A stretch of 43,654 nucleotides of DNA, counting the filler, from Jimgerdemannia flammicorona (taxonomy: Eukaryota), in the NCBI GenBank assembly GCA_003990765.1. It is 2 parts of 2 records of this genome, joined end to end, with 100 filler letters (N's around TTAATTAATTAA, not from the genome) between each part and the next. Parts side by side here need not be neighbours in the genome. Positions count along the whole stretch, not along the records: positions 1 to 21,778 come from RBNJ01001396.1; positions 21,879 to 43,654 come from RBNJ01001397.1. One strand, given 5' to 3'. Below are positions 12,536 to 22,671 of the stretch, piece by piece. Under the pieces are notes generated by a model. It saw only the letters and a list, made by a program, of their open reading frames with translations, was not told the DNA's origin and did not search any database. How positions within the stretch are numbered: the stretch's first letter is position 1; every line of letters starts with the position of its first letter. The translations under genes and the position numbers were made by a program.

Positions 12536-13458
12536 ATCTTTGGTGAAATCTTTGGTGACATCACCCTTTCTTTTGTTCATTTCACTCTTGTTTTTTTTTT
12601 CCTACTGCACTTTGGTGATATCACTCTTTCCTTTGTTCCCTCTCTTTTCTTTATTCTTTTTCTTTATTCTTTCCTACTGCATTCACGAGCAAACAGAACA
12701 GCAGCTCTTAATTTGTACATTGGTCCAGTCTACTCATTTTTCACTCTGTAATAATCATCAAAAGAGGGAGTATTCAAGGTGGAAACACACTCTCTGCTGA
12801 TAATGTTAGATTTTTTCTCATATGGGCAGCACACAGGCTGCTTATTGAGGGCCAAAGGAGTGACAGCGGTGACAATGGTGGGGATGAGGGTGAATTTCAG
12901 CAACAACTCATGGCGGCCCTTCAGACCTTGGAATTCACAGACCTCATAGCTATGTATATAGCAGCCTTTTTGGAGTAGCTGGTAGTAGATGTAGGTTGCT
13001 CTTTTCTACTGCTACTTTTGTTTAAATTCCTCCAGCATGACCTGATTCACCTCATGCTCTTCTTAGGGTCCACAGCTCTATAGCGAGATCTGCTGACTTT
13101 ATTTGCAACATTTGGTCAAGATGAAGAAAGGTTGGAGGATGTTACAGGGCATGTCTTTGGTGGCTGAGCTGTTGAGTCAATGTATCGCATGACAGAGGTC
13201 TTAAAAGGAACAGAAGCAAGCCTTTGTAAGCAATCTTGTGCAACTCGTTAGTGTGCAACTCATCGATATGCAGCTCACTCACTCACTCACTCATGCTCTT
13301 TTTCTGAAATACCCATCTCCATGTTTTATTTAATTTCATTTTTTACATGGTCTCCCCCTAAAAAACACCCATACTGCACACAATCCACCTACATGCAAAT
13401 CACCCACACACAATCCATCCACATACAACCCATCTATACACTTATCTCAGTCTCTCAG

Positions 13459-14706
13459 ATCAGGGCTCAGTTCCATTGGAAAGGAGAGTTCAAAGTTACC
13501 CAAGTCTAACCACATCTGGTATCTGATCAAATAGAGAAATTCAAGGGCAAGATGTTTAGCATAAGCAGTACCAGCATTGTTATTAAGGCTTGGGGGTCTA
13601 CATTCGAATCAGAGCCAATTGTTCTCGACCAAGGGGTCCATTGGCCAGCAGGAGTAATCAACGATAAAGAGAACCATATCTTTATTAATGAATGTGGAGA
13701 GGTGGTTGTGATGGTGGTAAGGAATCTCTACGGTGACAAGCTTCACTGCCACATCAATGAGATTTGCGAGGACTGCATCAAATACCAGGTGGCAGGAAAG
13801 AGGGGGTGAAAAAGCAAGGAGGGGGGGTTTGGACAGGAATTGGGTATACTGCAATACTGACAAAGGGTGGATTCTGGAGTTCCAAAATCCCTTACACTTA
13901 TCTCCCTTTTTTTTACTCCTTCCCAGATAAATCATACTCTTCACCAACATACTCTTTTTTGATACAAATCCAGGGATATACAAGATTCTATACTCCTACC
14001 GGAACTTTAGAAGTACTATTGAAGAGCAAACTGTATGCAAGCATGACATAGCCTGTGCAGTGATGGTGGCTATGATCTGGGGTTCTTTGAGCAGATTGGT
14101 AGAGTGTACAGCAGACCAGCTTGGTGGTGATCTCAGTGTGGCTGTATGTGTATTCTTGGCACAATTTAGTATGCTATATGAGGTGAGGAGCTCCACTTTT
14201 TTGGGGTACTGCAGCCTGGGGGGTTTCTGCAGCCTGGGGGGTTTCTGCCCCCCCACATGCAAAAAGGACTGACTGGTTGCTATCTGTTTTGGCAGGTTTC
14301 CAAGCCAGGGCTCCTGGGACTGGACTAAGAGCAGGCATCTACCAGCATAGTCTGGTAGTATGAGGTCCTGGGCCAAGGGTTCACCCAACCATATGCTTAC
14401 ATCATATCAGAATATGTCAGGTGCAACCTTTCTCTGCCCACACACATAGACAACAATGTTACTTCAGTAATGTTTTACATTCTGGAAAGGAAGGGCCCAA
14501 CCTGGGAGGATAGTGGCAGAGTCTGGTATGACCTCACCTATGGTTTCAAGATCCCATTTGCAGCCAACATGGCCATCCTCTTCCAACCACATGACCACCA
14601 TGGCACCGTCACCTTCAAGGAGAGCTCAGACACAACAGTCATTGCACTCACAATAGATGATAGGCTCATCAAGGCCTGGGACCGGTGAGTGGAGCAGTTT
14701 TTGTGA
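13459..14706 (+). pseudogene. TET/JBP-like 2OG-Fe(II) dioxygenase, intron-containing (copy 1); may have further exons upstream to ~12720
   Basis: Exons ~13459-13866, 13927-14182 and 14296-14706 with GT..AG introns in phase 0. The last exon reads ...YVRCNLSLPTHIDNNVTSVMFYILERKGPTWEDSGRVWYDLTYGFKIPFAANMAILFQPHDHHGTVTFKESSDTTVIALTIDDRLIKAW, with HxD, a distal His and double-stranded beta-helix-like spacing. Confidence 0.72.
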
Positions 14707-14984
14707 GAGTTAGGCAATCTTTCATAAGGGATAGGCAGTCTTTCATGAGGGTTAGGCAGTTATTTTGTGTAGGTTGGGCAGTCTTATATAGGGGATTGGG
14801 CCAGGCACCTCTTCTGTAGCCCTAGTTTAGCCATTATACAGGGCCCTACTGGCCCCTTGGCCCATGGGACCCAAACCAGTGATGGGGCCCAAATCTGTGA
14901 TAGACTTCGACTGCCAGAAATGCCCTCCAACCACCAGAAGCACCCTTCAACTGCCAGAAGCACCCTCTGCCCTGGACTCCTTGG

Positions 14985-15625
14985 CGGCTTGGGGCTGCCC
15001 CTATGCTGCTGGCAGAGGGCCACAAATTTTGTACACTCCCTCCACCTGCCCTGCCCATTCTGGATACTTGCGGTTTAGGGCTGCCCCTTGCTACCAGTGG
15101 AGGGCCACAAACTTTGCACATACCCTTGCTGACCCCATGCCCACCAACCCCACCCACTGACCTGGGTGCTGACAGCTTAGGGCTACCCCTCACTTCTGAC
15201 AGAGGGTCACAAATTTTGTATGCTCCCTCCACCTGCCCTGCCTGTCCCAGATACTTGCGGCTCAGGGCTGCCCCTTGCTGCCAGCAGAGGGCTGCAAATT
15301 TTGCACACTTCCTCCACTGACCCCATGCCCACCAACTCCATCGACCAACCCTGCCCACTGACTCAGGTGCTGACAGCTTAGGGCTACCCCTCACTGCTGG
15401 CAGAGGATTGTAAGTTTTGCACACTCCCTCTACCAACCCCCCTGACCAGGACACTTGCAGCTTGGGGCTGCCCCTTGCTGCCAGCAGAGGGCTGCAAATT
15501 TTACACGCTCCCTCCACTGACCTGCCCACTGATCCACTCACTGACTCAGGCACTGACAGCTTGGGGCTACCCCTTACTGCTGGTGGAGGGCCACAAACAC
15601 TGCATGCTCTCTCTGCTGCTACTGC
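14985..15625. repeat. GC-rich array, 7 copies of a ~57-bp unit with alternating linkers, between the convergent genes
   Basis: Unit gcttggggctgccccttgctgccagcagagggccacaaattttgcacactccctcc, at ~14987, 15073, 15177, 15260, 15376, 15460 and 15559. Confidence 0.85.
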
Positions 15626-15769
15626 CAACCCCGCTGACTGCTGCCCACTTGGACCACAAACTCTGGGCTGAGTCCTCAGGGTTTTTGCCTTTTTATTATT
15701 TTTTGAAAGATATTAAATATTCTACAAGGCCAACTAACTTATCTGTGAACCCCCAGGACCTGCTGAATT

Positions 15770-18348
15770 TTAGCGGCCTGAGCCCCACCAAGATTTCAGA
15801 TACATATACTCAGATTATTTCAGCATTCAGCATACATCTCTTTGGGGCAATGAGGTCCACCCCACCTAAGAACACCCACTCGACAGGAGCACTGGAGACA
15901 GGAATCACCAGATAGTCTCAAGCCATACCACACAGGCTGGGGAAGTCTATTTGACACAGCTGCATACCCCAGTAGGTAGAGCGATGGGTAGAGCAGTGGC
16001 TAGATTGGTGGGTTAAATTGGTTCAATACCCACCTGACAACCTATCTTCTACCAGTTGAGTACCTCCGTGCCCTCCAGCAGGATCACATGGTCACTAATA
16101 AGGTAAATGGTAAGTTTGTCTATTGATGGCAGCTCTTCCACTGATGGCTCCCTCTTCTTCTTTCTGCTGAAGTAAATGTGGGACAGGAGGGATCCCTCAG
16201 TATATTCGTCCAGACTTCGGCTGGAACCTTGTGGTAGCATGTAGTTTTTCTAGTATACTTCGATTACAGCCTACTTGATTCTCTCAATAAAGTGCTGCTC
16301 CCAGCCCTGATCTTTATAGTATTGTAGCTTTAAGCATGGGTCCAGCACTGTTCAAAGGAGAGGAGAGAGTGAGTTTTTGTGGGGATTTCTCTGTTTTGGA
16401 AGGGGCAACAGCTATACACTGACATCAACATTGACATACCTATACTGATTGAGTATATGGCAGTATCTGTTTGAGAGTAGTACTTTCTGAGCTTGCTAAG
16501 AGCAACCTTCATGATGTCTCTCTGATCCGGGCTCAACCATAAATCACCACAACCCTCCAGCCTATTCTCAAGCTTGTCCTCTAACTGGTCAATCAGAAGG
16601 TTGTATACTGGTATTGCCAAGCTTATTGTTGGGGTCATTTGTTTGACTATATCCTTCATACAATCATCAAAACACTGGCAGTTATATGTAGTGAGGTGTT
16701 GTATTGTGCAGAGGTAGACAAAATGAGTGCAGAGGCTGACAAAATGAGTGTGGAGCCGGAGCAATCACCACTTACTTCCAAAACTCTGACAACATTCCTA
16801 AGTACATCCCACTCACTTTCACCTAGAGCCTTGGCCTGTATTTCCTTGTCGGCAGCTACTGTTGAATCTATTGGCTTTTTTTGTTTTTTTAAAATAAATC
16901 TTCAATCATCCAAAATAAGTTGCTTCAGCTGACTGAAGAAAAAAAGGATGTATACTACAGCAAACTCTAGCACATGCTGGATTATTGCAAATGTTGAGTT
17001 CCAACATGTACAGATGTCCAATATAAGCTCTTTCAGGGCTAAACTGATTGCCCTATACTGTGCAACAAATTTGTCTTGTCATTGTAGGGACAATCAGACC
17101 AACACAATCAGGTTGCACAGCTTGGAAATTATACTCAGGACCCCTCCTCTCTTGGATGTTTTGTCTATGTGTGTAAGATAGTCCTGAACAGTGAGGTTCA
17201 GTACATGGGCCTGGTATCATATATGGCAGCTTTCTATACTGAAGGCCACATTTTTCCGTTTGAGGCTAGCAACTAAAACTTTGAAAAATATTGAGTTATT
17301 TGTGGTATTGTCCATCATAATAGCCAAAATCTGTACTTGAAATATTCAGTCAGTGAATTTATGTGAAAATAAATAACCAATAAAATCTGGTTTGGTTTAG
17401 GACCTCTCTCAAAACCTTTTTTACCTTGGTGGTGATCCCAAGCTCCCAGATACAACTGATAAAAGCATCTGCAATATTGTCTCCAGAATGAGGGCCAGCA
17501 AGTTTGATGAAGTCAAGGGTGAAAGATTTAAGCTGCCAATCGAGGTCAATCCAATGACCGATAATGCCCAAAAATAAAATTGTATTGGGAGATGTCCATG
17601 TATTGATCATAAATGAAATTTTGCCTGCCGAATTCTGCTTATAGAATGTGAGGTTAAATTGGTGAGCTCTTTTATATAATTCAGCTTGCAAAGGTCATGG
17701 TGCTGCCCTTATTTTATCTGAAGTATTTGGTGGAGATTATCATGTTCCTTTCTATAGGCCTCCAGGACATCTTTGCGAATAATATCAGTACTTGGCAATA
17801 TAAATCATGCTTGAGGAGGCCAAAGATGCTATGCAATTGATCACTCTCAATGGTTGTGAATAGCTGGTTTGTGCATACAATCTAGCAAATAAGCTGATTT
17901 CAAAATTCTACTGAAGAGTATGGCTAAATATTTTTGATTAAATGGCATTGTTGGTATAGAAATAGTTGGGCAATCAGATAAATGTACCCACCACAGCTTG
18001 GATGTCAATTTTATTTATCTCTGTGTTCTTTTTGATTTTGTCAAAGTACTTGTCTTTTATATGTCAATTTATGTTCAAAGTCATACTCCCAAGCATTTTG
18101 AACTTCTGGCTGGTGCAGTTCATGGGGGTGGATAAAACAATATCATGTGTATATCAAAACAAACAAAAAGTGTCAATAGGTGCATCTCAATTTTTTACCT
18201 GCAATAATTACAAATAACATCATCTCCTATCTTAATACAATGTTGCCAGATTTCAGAGTGAGGATTGTGTGGAAGGTGTGGAGCTATCAGAGATATTTGA
18301 CTTGAAACATTATTGGTACTGTGAACTGTTGAAGACTGATCTGTCAAT

Positions 18349-18350
<2 letters not shown>
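15770..18350 (-). pseudogene. hAT transposase (BED finger, DDE, C-terminal dimerization domain), about 8 introns, degenerate
   Basis: SEIWQHCIKIGDDVICNYC (BED); KISFMINTWTSPN..FLGIIGHWID; QAHVLNL; CWNSTFAII; VLDPCLK; VLNW; IPVSSAPVEWVF. Stop at 15770-15772. Confidence 0.88.
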
Positions 18351-18353
<3 letters not shown>

Positions 18354-18411
<58 letters not shown>

Positions 18412-18424
18412 GTCTCTTGGACTG
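18354..18424 (-). mobile_element. Minimal poly(A)-tailed insertion (16 nt + A55) with 16-bp TSD; non-LTR/TPRT signature
   Basis: gatctgtcaatatgta (18338-18353), T55, atagtctcttggactg, gatctgtcaacatgta (18425-18440). Only one copy of the target is present at the empty site in hAT copy 2 (~31326-31341). Confidence 0.8.
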
Positions 18425-18519
18425 GATCTGTCAACATGTATGTTTGCATGTTTGCGTATACATGTGTGTGCATGTGTGTGTGTATTGTGTTGTGGATGCA
18501 TCTGGTATATGAGTCATGT

Positions 18520-18810
18520 AGAGGATTTGGATTGGAGGATTCAGTTGAAGGATTCAGATGAGGATTCGGATTGAAGGATTTGAATTGGAAGATTCAAATT
18601 GGAGGATTCAAATTGGAGGATTTGGATTGAGTGATTCAGATTGAGTGATTTGGATTGAGTGATTCAGATTGAGTAATTTAGATTGAGTGATTCAGATTGG
18701 GGTAGTTCAGATGGGTAATTCAGATGGGGCAATTTAGATAAGTTGATTCAGATGGCTTTGGATTTGAGATTCAGATCAAACCATCATGTGATGAATCAAA
18801 TCCAGATTTG
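18520..18810. repeat. Subterminal tandem repeats at the transposase-side end (ggattgagtgattca, gaggattcaaattg units)
   Basis: Visible 14-15 bp tandem units. Mirrored in copy 2 at ~30900-31228. Confidence 0.85.
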
Positions 18811-19671
18811 ATTCGAATTGACTTGTTCAGAGCACTAGTTAGAAGGCAGTCAGCAACTCACTCATTGGTCCATTAATTGGCTTTGAAGTTGGTGTCAACT
18901 ACACTAATGAAGCTTTGGACTTCTTGTATAGTACCATTGAAGGTAGGTAGGCTCAGATTTTTGGTAGGTCAGGTCTGTTTGACTAAGGCAGTAATAGTTG
19001 CTGCCATTATTGCTACCTGGGCTGTGAGGTCTAGAATCTGTTGGTTTGTCATATTGTTTGCTGGAGGCAGTTGGAGTGCTGGTAGTGGTATTACTAGTAC
19101 TACTTGAGATACTGGTGCAGAGTGTGATGGGGTTCTATGGATCTGTATAAGTTGCTGGAGTAATAGTTGTAGATCTGGAGTAAGAGCTCGATAGATAGCT
19201 GTCTGTTGCTGTATAGGTGTGTTCTGTCCTGATGGAGGTGCATCTCCTTCAGTGGTATATCTGAGATTGAATTCACTGAGATACTCCTCCTCCTCTTCAG
19301 TTTGGTCCCTGTGTAATTGGGTTTGCTCAGCATCAAAGTAGACAGAATTAGTTGTATATCTGATTTTGGATGGACTTAATTCAAAGTTAAGTTCTGGTTT
19401 GGTATTGGTTTCAGGTTCAGGTAGGGCTATAGCTGGGCCTGCTTCTGGTTCAGGGTCAGGTTGTTGATGGAGAGTTTCTCTTGCTTCTTCCTTAAGAATA
19501 TGGCAGGTCTTGTAATTCTGAAACTGGTAGTATAATGTGGTCTTGGTCTGAGTGTGGTGAAAATCAGTGGAGTTGAGCCACTTGGCTACAGAGGCTTGGG
19601 CTTTGTGAGGGACTAAGGCTAGAAAGACTGCTGATGGTTGTCCTAGATCACTCAGATTTATAGAGCTGACA

Positions 19672-20076
19672 GGCAGATAGTATTGAGTTAATCCTTGAGA
19701 GCTTGCTTGATCTCTTCAGTATAGTATGTTGTTCTGAGGAAGGCCTTCATGTTGACAAGTTTGGCTACACCATTATTGGCAATAGTGGCTGTATTGAACT
19801 TGTCTCTAGCAGGTCCTCTGAGGCTGACTGGTAGAAGAGTCAATTGTGCATCTATACTAAGGGCTCATATAGCAGCAAATTGTTCAAAGTCTTCAATAAA
19901 GATCAGAATTGACTCTTCAGTAGTATATCCATAGAATGTGGGAGACACATTTCCATCTTATCTTGAATTATTGCAGGAGTGGCTCTTATAGTCAGAGTAG
20001 TTATTGTGGAGGTTGTTTGTTTTTTAGCTTGAAAGTGAGGAATTTGTCTTGAATTACCAGCTAATGAGCACTAAGT
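19672..20076 (-). mobile_element. Family B 5' internal fragment: PBS and gag N-terminus
   Basis: PBS-like TAGTGCTCATTAGC (mutated TGG) 3 nt inside LTR-B. Gag-like PTFYGYTTEESILIFIEDFEQFAAI*ALSIDAQLTLLPVSLRGPARDKFN...LKD*LNTI. Confidence 0.65.
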
Positions 20077-21582
20077 TATTATATATATAGTGGTCACTGA
20101 GTCCTTCAAATACACCAGATTCTCTTCAAGGTGTATCTCTTAGACTAACTCAAGTTTGTTATAAGTAAGTTCTTATTGGAGTATCTTCCCAAGATCTTAT
20201 AGTTCTCAAACTTCTTATCTTTAAACTGTCTTGTTATCTCTTAGATTGCTTGTAAGAGATTGTATATATTGTACTGAGTTGACTAACTTTATTTCAGAGG
20301 AAATAAGAGGGGTATTTATACAAAATATAATTCAATAGTTGCTAAGATATAAAGCTAAATATAAATTTCAATAACTAAAATAAAATACCAGGACAGGAAA
20401 AACTACTAAGTTCCAGGGTCAGTACTGATGGTTGTATAGGTTCAGGATGCTGGTATAATTCGGTATTATATCAGAATACCAGTACTGGCATTATTCAGTA
20501 TAATCAAGAGACTTAGAGCAGAATGTTCAGGACTATGGGGGCTTCATCATCAGAGATCAGGATATCTTCAAAGGAGATGAGGTCCATGAATTCATCATCA
20601 TTGCACGTTTTACATACTTCATTATGTATCTCATATATGTTATGTGAGATGACATCATTGCTGATGATGTCATCATGTTCAGCAGTAAGAAGAAGGTCTG
20701 GTACTCTCCAGTCTATGAGGTTCTCTTCCACAAAATAGGGAACAAATGTGGGGTCTTGGGGAGGTCTAACCTGGATGCTTGGGTCTTAGAATACTGAGAT
20801 CAATCCTTGTAGAAATTGGTCTGGGTTGTCCTGAAAGATGGGATGCTAGAAGTCTTCTACTTTATCACTATTGAGGGTGATAGTAGACTGGGCTTCTATA
20901 GCTACCCTGACTTCTAGTACATTGATATGGTGAGATGACAGGTCTCTGAAATCTGAGACTCTAACATACTCCAAGTTGGGGATTGACCATGGTACATGCC
21001 TGAAGATCTGATAGATCTTCTTAGCCATTCTTGCCTTATATATATTCATAAAAGTGGTATCTTGTAGCTCTTGAGAGCTGGCCTGTGGGAACTCCTGGCA
21101 GAGGAGATTTCCTATTTCATACTTCTACCACATTTGGAGGCATTTGGTAGCAATGGTGATTCTTGTTTCCATTTCATAGCAGTAGAGGATATAGTGATAA
21201 GGGTCACCAGTATCCAGGTTGATACTAGGAGTCCTTCTTGAGTGGGTCCTTATGGCTCTTCTGATGTCTTGGAACATCCTCTCTTCAACTGAGATACCTT
21301 GGTAGTTCCTTGATCTTGAGGTTTGGCGAGCAGTAGGTATTTCATTTGTGGTAAGTCTTTGAGCTATTTTGAGATTGGTGGGTCTTGTTGGTTGCTGCTA
21401 CTGCAGTTCCTTAATTCTTCTTTTATATTCCTCAGGATGCTTATACTATGGTTACAATAACTCATAGTTGGTTATTATTGCTCATCTCATATACTGTATA
21501 ATCTTCTTGTACTTCAATCTGGTGGCTTGTAAGGAAAGACTGTCTTCTGTGCTAATGTTATCATTCTGGGGTCACTGTTACA
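20077..21582 (-). repeat. Family B LTR (5' LTR, ~1.5 kb) containing a degenerate U3 ORF (20513-~21580)
   Basis: tgttaca terminus at 21582 is shared with the copy ending at 25705. TATAAATA box on the minus strand at ~20313-20320. Adjacent PBS. Confidence 0.8.
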
Positions 21583-21599
21583 CTATATATATACTATAT

Positions 21600-21772
21600 T
21601 AACATCAACATCAATAGATCAGTTATTAGTATTTTTCAATACTAGTAATATTTCAGGTCAAACTTCTTCTTTAAATAATATTCCATACTATACTTCTCAT
21701 TCAAAAGTTTGGCAATACTATATCAAAACTGGGGAAAATGAAGTTATTTATAAGTATTGTAGGGGGTTTTTT
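21600..21772 (+). pseudogene. Diverged hAT transposase N-terminal (BED finger) fragment
   Basis: STSIDQ...SNISGQTS...SHSKVWQYYIKTGENEVIYKYCR aligns with STDQ...NNASSQTS...PHSEIWQHCIKIGDDVICNYCR of the hAT copies. Confidence 0.6.
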
Positions 21773-21778
21773 TTTTTT

Positions 21779-21878
21779 NNNNNNNNNNNNNNNNNNNNNN
21801 NNNNNNNNNNNNNNNNNNNNNNTTAATTAATTAANNNNNNNNNNNNNNNNNNNNNNNNNNNNNNNNNNNNNNNNNNNN
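21779..21878. other. Assembly gap with artificial spacer (N44-TTAATTAATTAA-N44)
   Basis: Exactly 100 bp and symmetric. The central 12-mer has stop codons in all six frames. Confidence 0.95.
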
Positions 21879-22671
21879 AAGTTCTTATTGGAGTGCCTTC
21901 CCAAGGTCTTATAGTCCTCAAACTTCTTATCTTTAACTGTCTTGTTATCTCTTAGATTGCTTGCAAGGAAGTGTGTGTAGGTGAACTTGACTGAAACTTG
22001 ACTGAAACTTGACTGACTTTATTTCAGAGGAAATAAGAGAGGTATTTATACAAAATATAATTCAATGGTTGCTAAGATATAAAGCTAAATATAAATTTCA
22101 ATAACTAAAACTACTGAGTTCCAGGGCTGGCATTATTTAGTACCACATCAAAATACCAGTGCTGGAACAATTTCGCATCACCTCAGAATACCGGTGCTGG
22201 CATTATCCAGTGTTACATGAGAATACTGGTGCTGGCATTATTTAGTGTAACAAAGAACTTTAGAGCAGAAAGTTCAGGATCATGGGAGCTTCATCATCAT
22301 CATCATCACTGAAGGAGATGAGGTCCGTGAATTCGTCATGTAGGTCGCGCATCTCGCGTACTTCATCATTTTCGCATGCCTCGATGTTGCGCGGGATGAT
22401 GTCATCGATGACGTCATCACATTCGGGTGTGGTGGGAAAATCGAGAACAAGGTCTAGAGCTCTCTAGTCTATGAGGTTCTCTTCCACAAAATAGGAGACA
22501 AATGTGGGGTCTTGGGGGGATCTGACCCGGATGCTTGGGCCTTGGAATACTGAGATCAATCCTTACAGGAATTGGTCTGGGTTGTCCTGAAGGATAGGGT
22601 GCCAGAAGTCTTCTACTTCTTTGCTGTTGAGGGTGATGGTGGACTGGGCTTCTGTAGCTACCCTGGCTTCT

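Larger units (their letters stand above)
12307..18837 (-). mobile_element. hAT-superfamily DNA transposon copy 1 (~6.5 kb) carrying a transposase and a TET/JBP-like passenger gene
   Basis: TIRs tagtgctccaaa / ttcagagcacta (consensus TAGTGCTCCGAA). 8-bp TSD gtcagaag (12299-12306) / gttagaag (18838-18845). Subterminal tandem repeats at both ends. hAT transposase motifs. Confidence 0.92.
11500..19052 (-). pseudogene. gag: Family A gag, split by the hAT insertion (11500-12306 and 18846-19052)
   Basis: ATG at 19052 (MTNQQILDLTAQVA). The sequence is continuous across the insertion once one TSD copy is removed. Degenerate zinc knuckle (YFYYQKTGHIASVCP) near 11520-11570. Confidence 0.75.
4908..19671 (-). 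mobile_element. Ty3/Gypsy chromovirus-type retrotransposon, family A, near full length, interrupted in gag by the hAT element; 5' end replaced by family B sequence
   Basis: Order on the minus strand: upstream ORF, gag with CCHC-like knuckle, dUTPase, protease, RT, RNase H, integrase, chromodomain, extra ORF, PPT, LTR. Confidence 0.85.

Noticed and set aside
12376..12580. Repetitive ORFs (DQSR/NPDG repeats; also 30987-31448 and 37071-37262)
   Set aside because: They are translations of subterminal DNA repeats, not proteins.
14985..15625. Repeat-spacer-like array resembling CRISPR
   Set aside because: The units are ~57 bp and degenerate, and the linkers are related to each other and alternate. 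No cas genes are present and the context is a eukaryotic transposon.
14846..15628. 260-aa ORF and similar overlapping ORFs at 34022-34620
   Set aside because: These are open frames on both strands caused by the GC-rich tandem array. No domain signal.
18195..18561. Poly-Lys / poly-Phe ORFs
   Set aside because: They are translations of the inserted poly(A/T) tract.
21823..21834. TTAATTAATTAA palindrome
   Set aside because: It is an artificial spacer centred in an N gap. Adjacency across the gap is also unverified.
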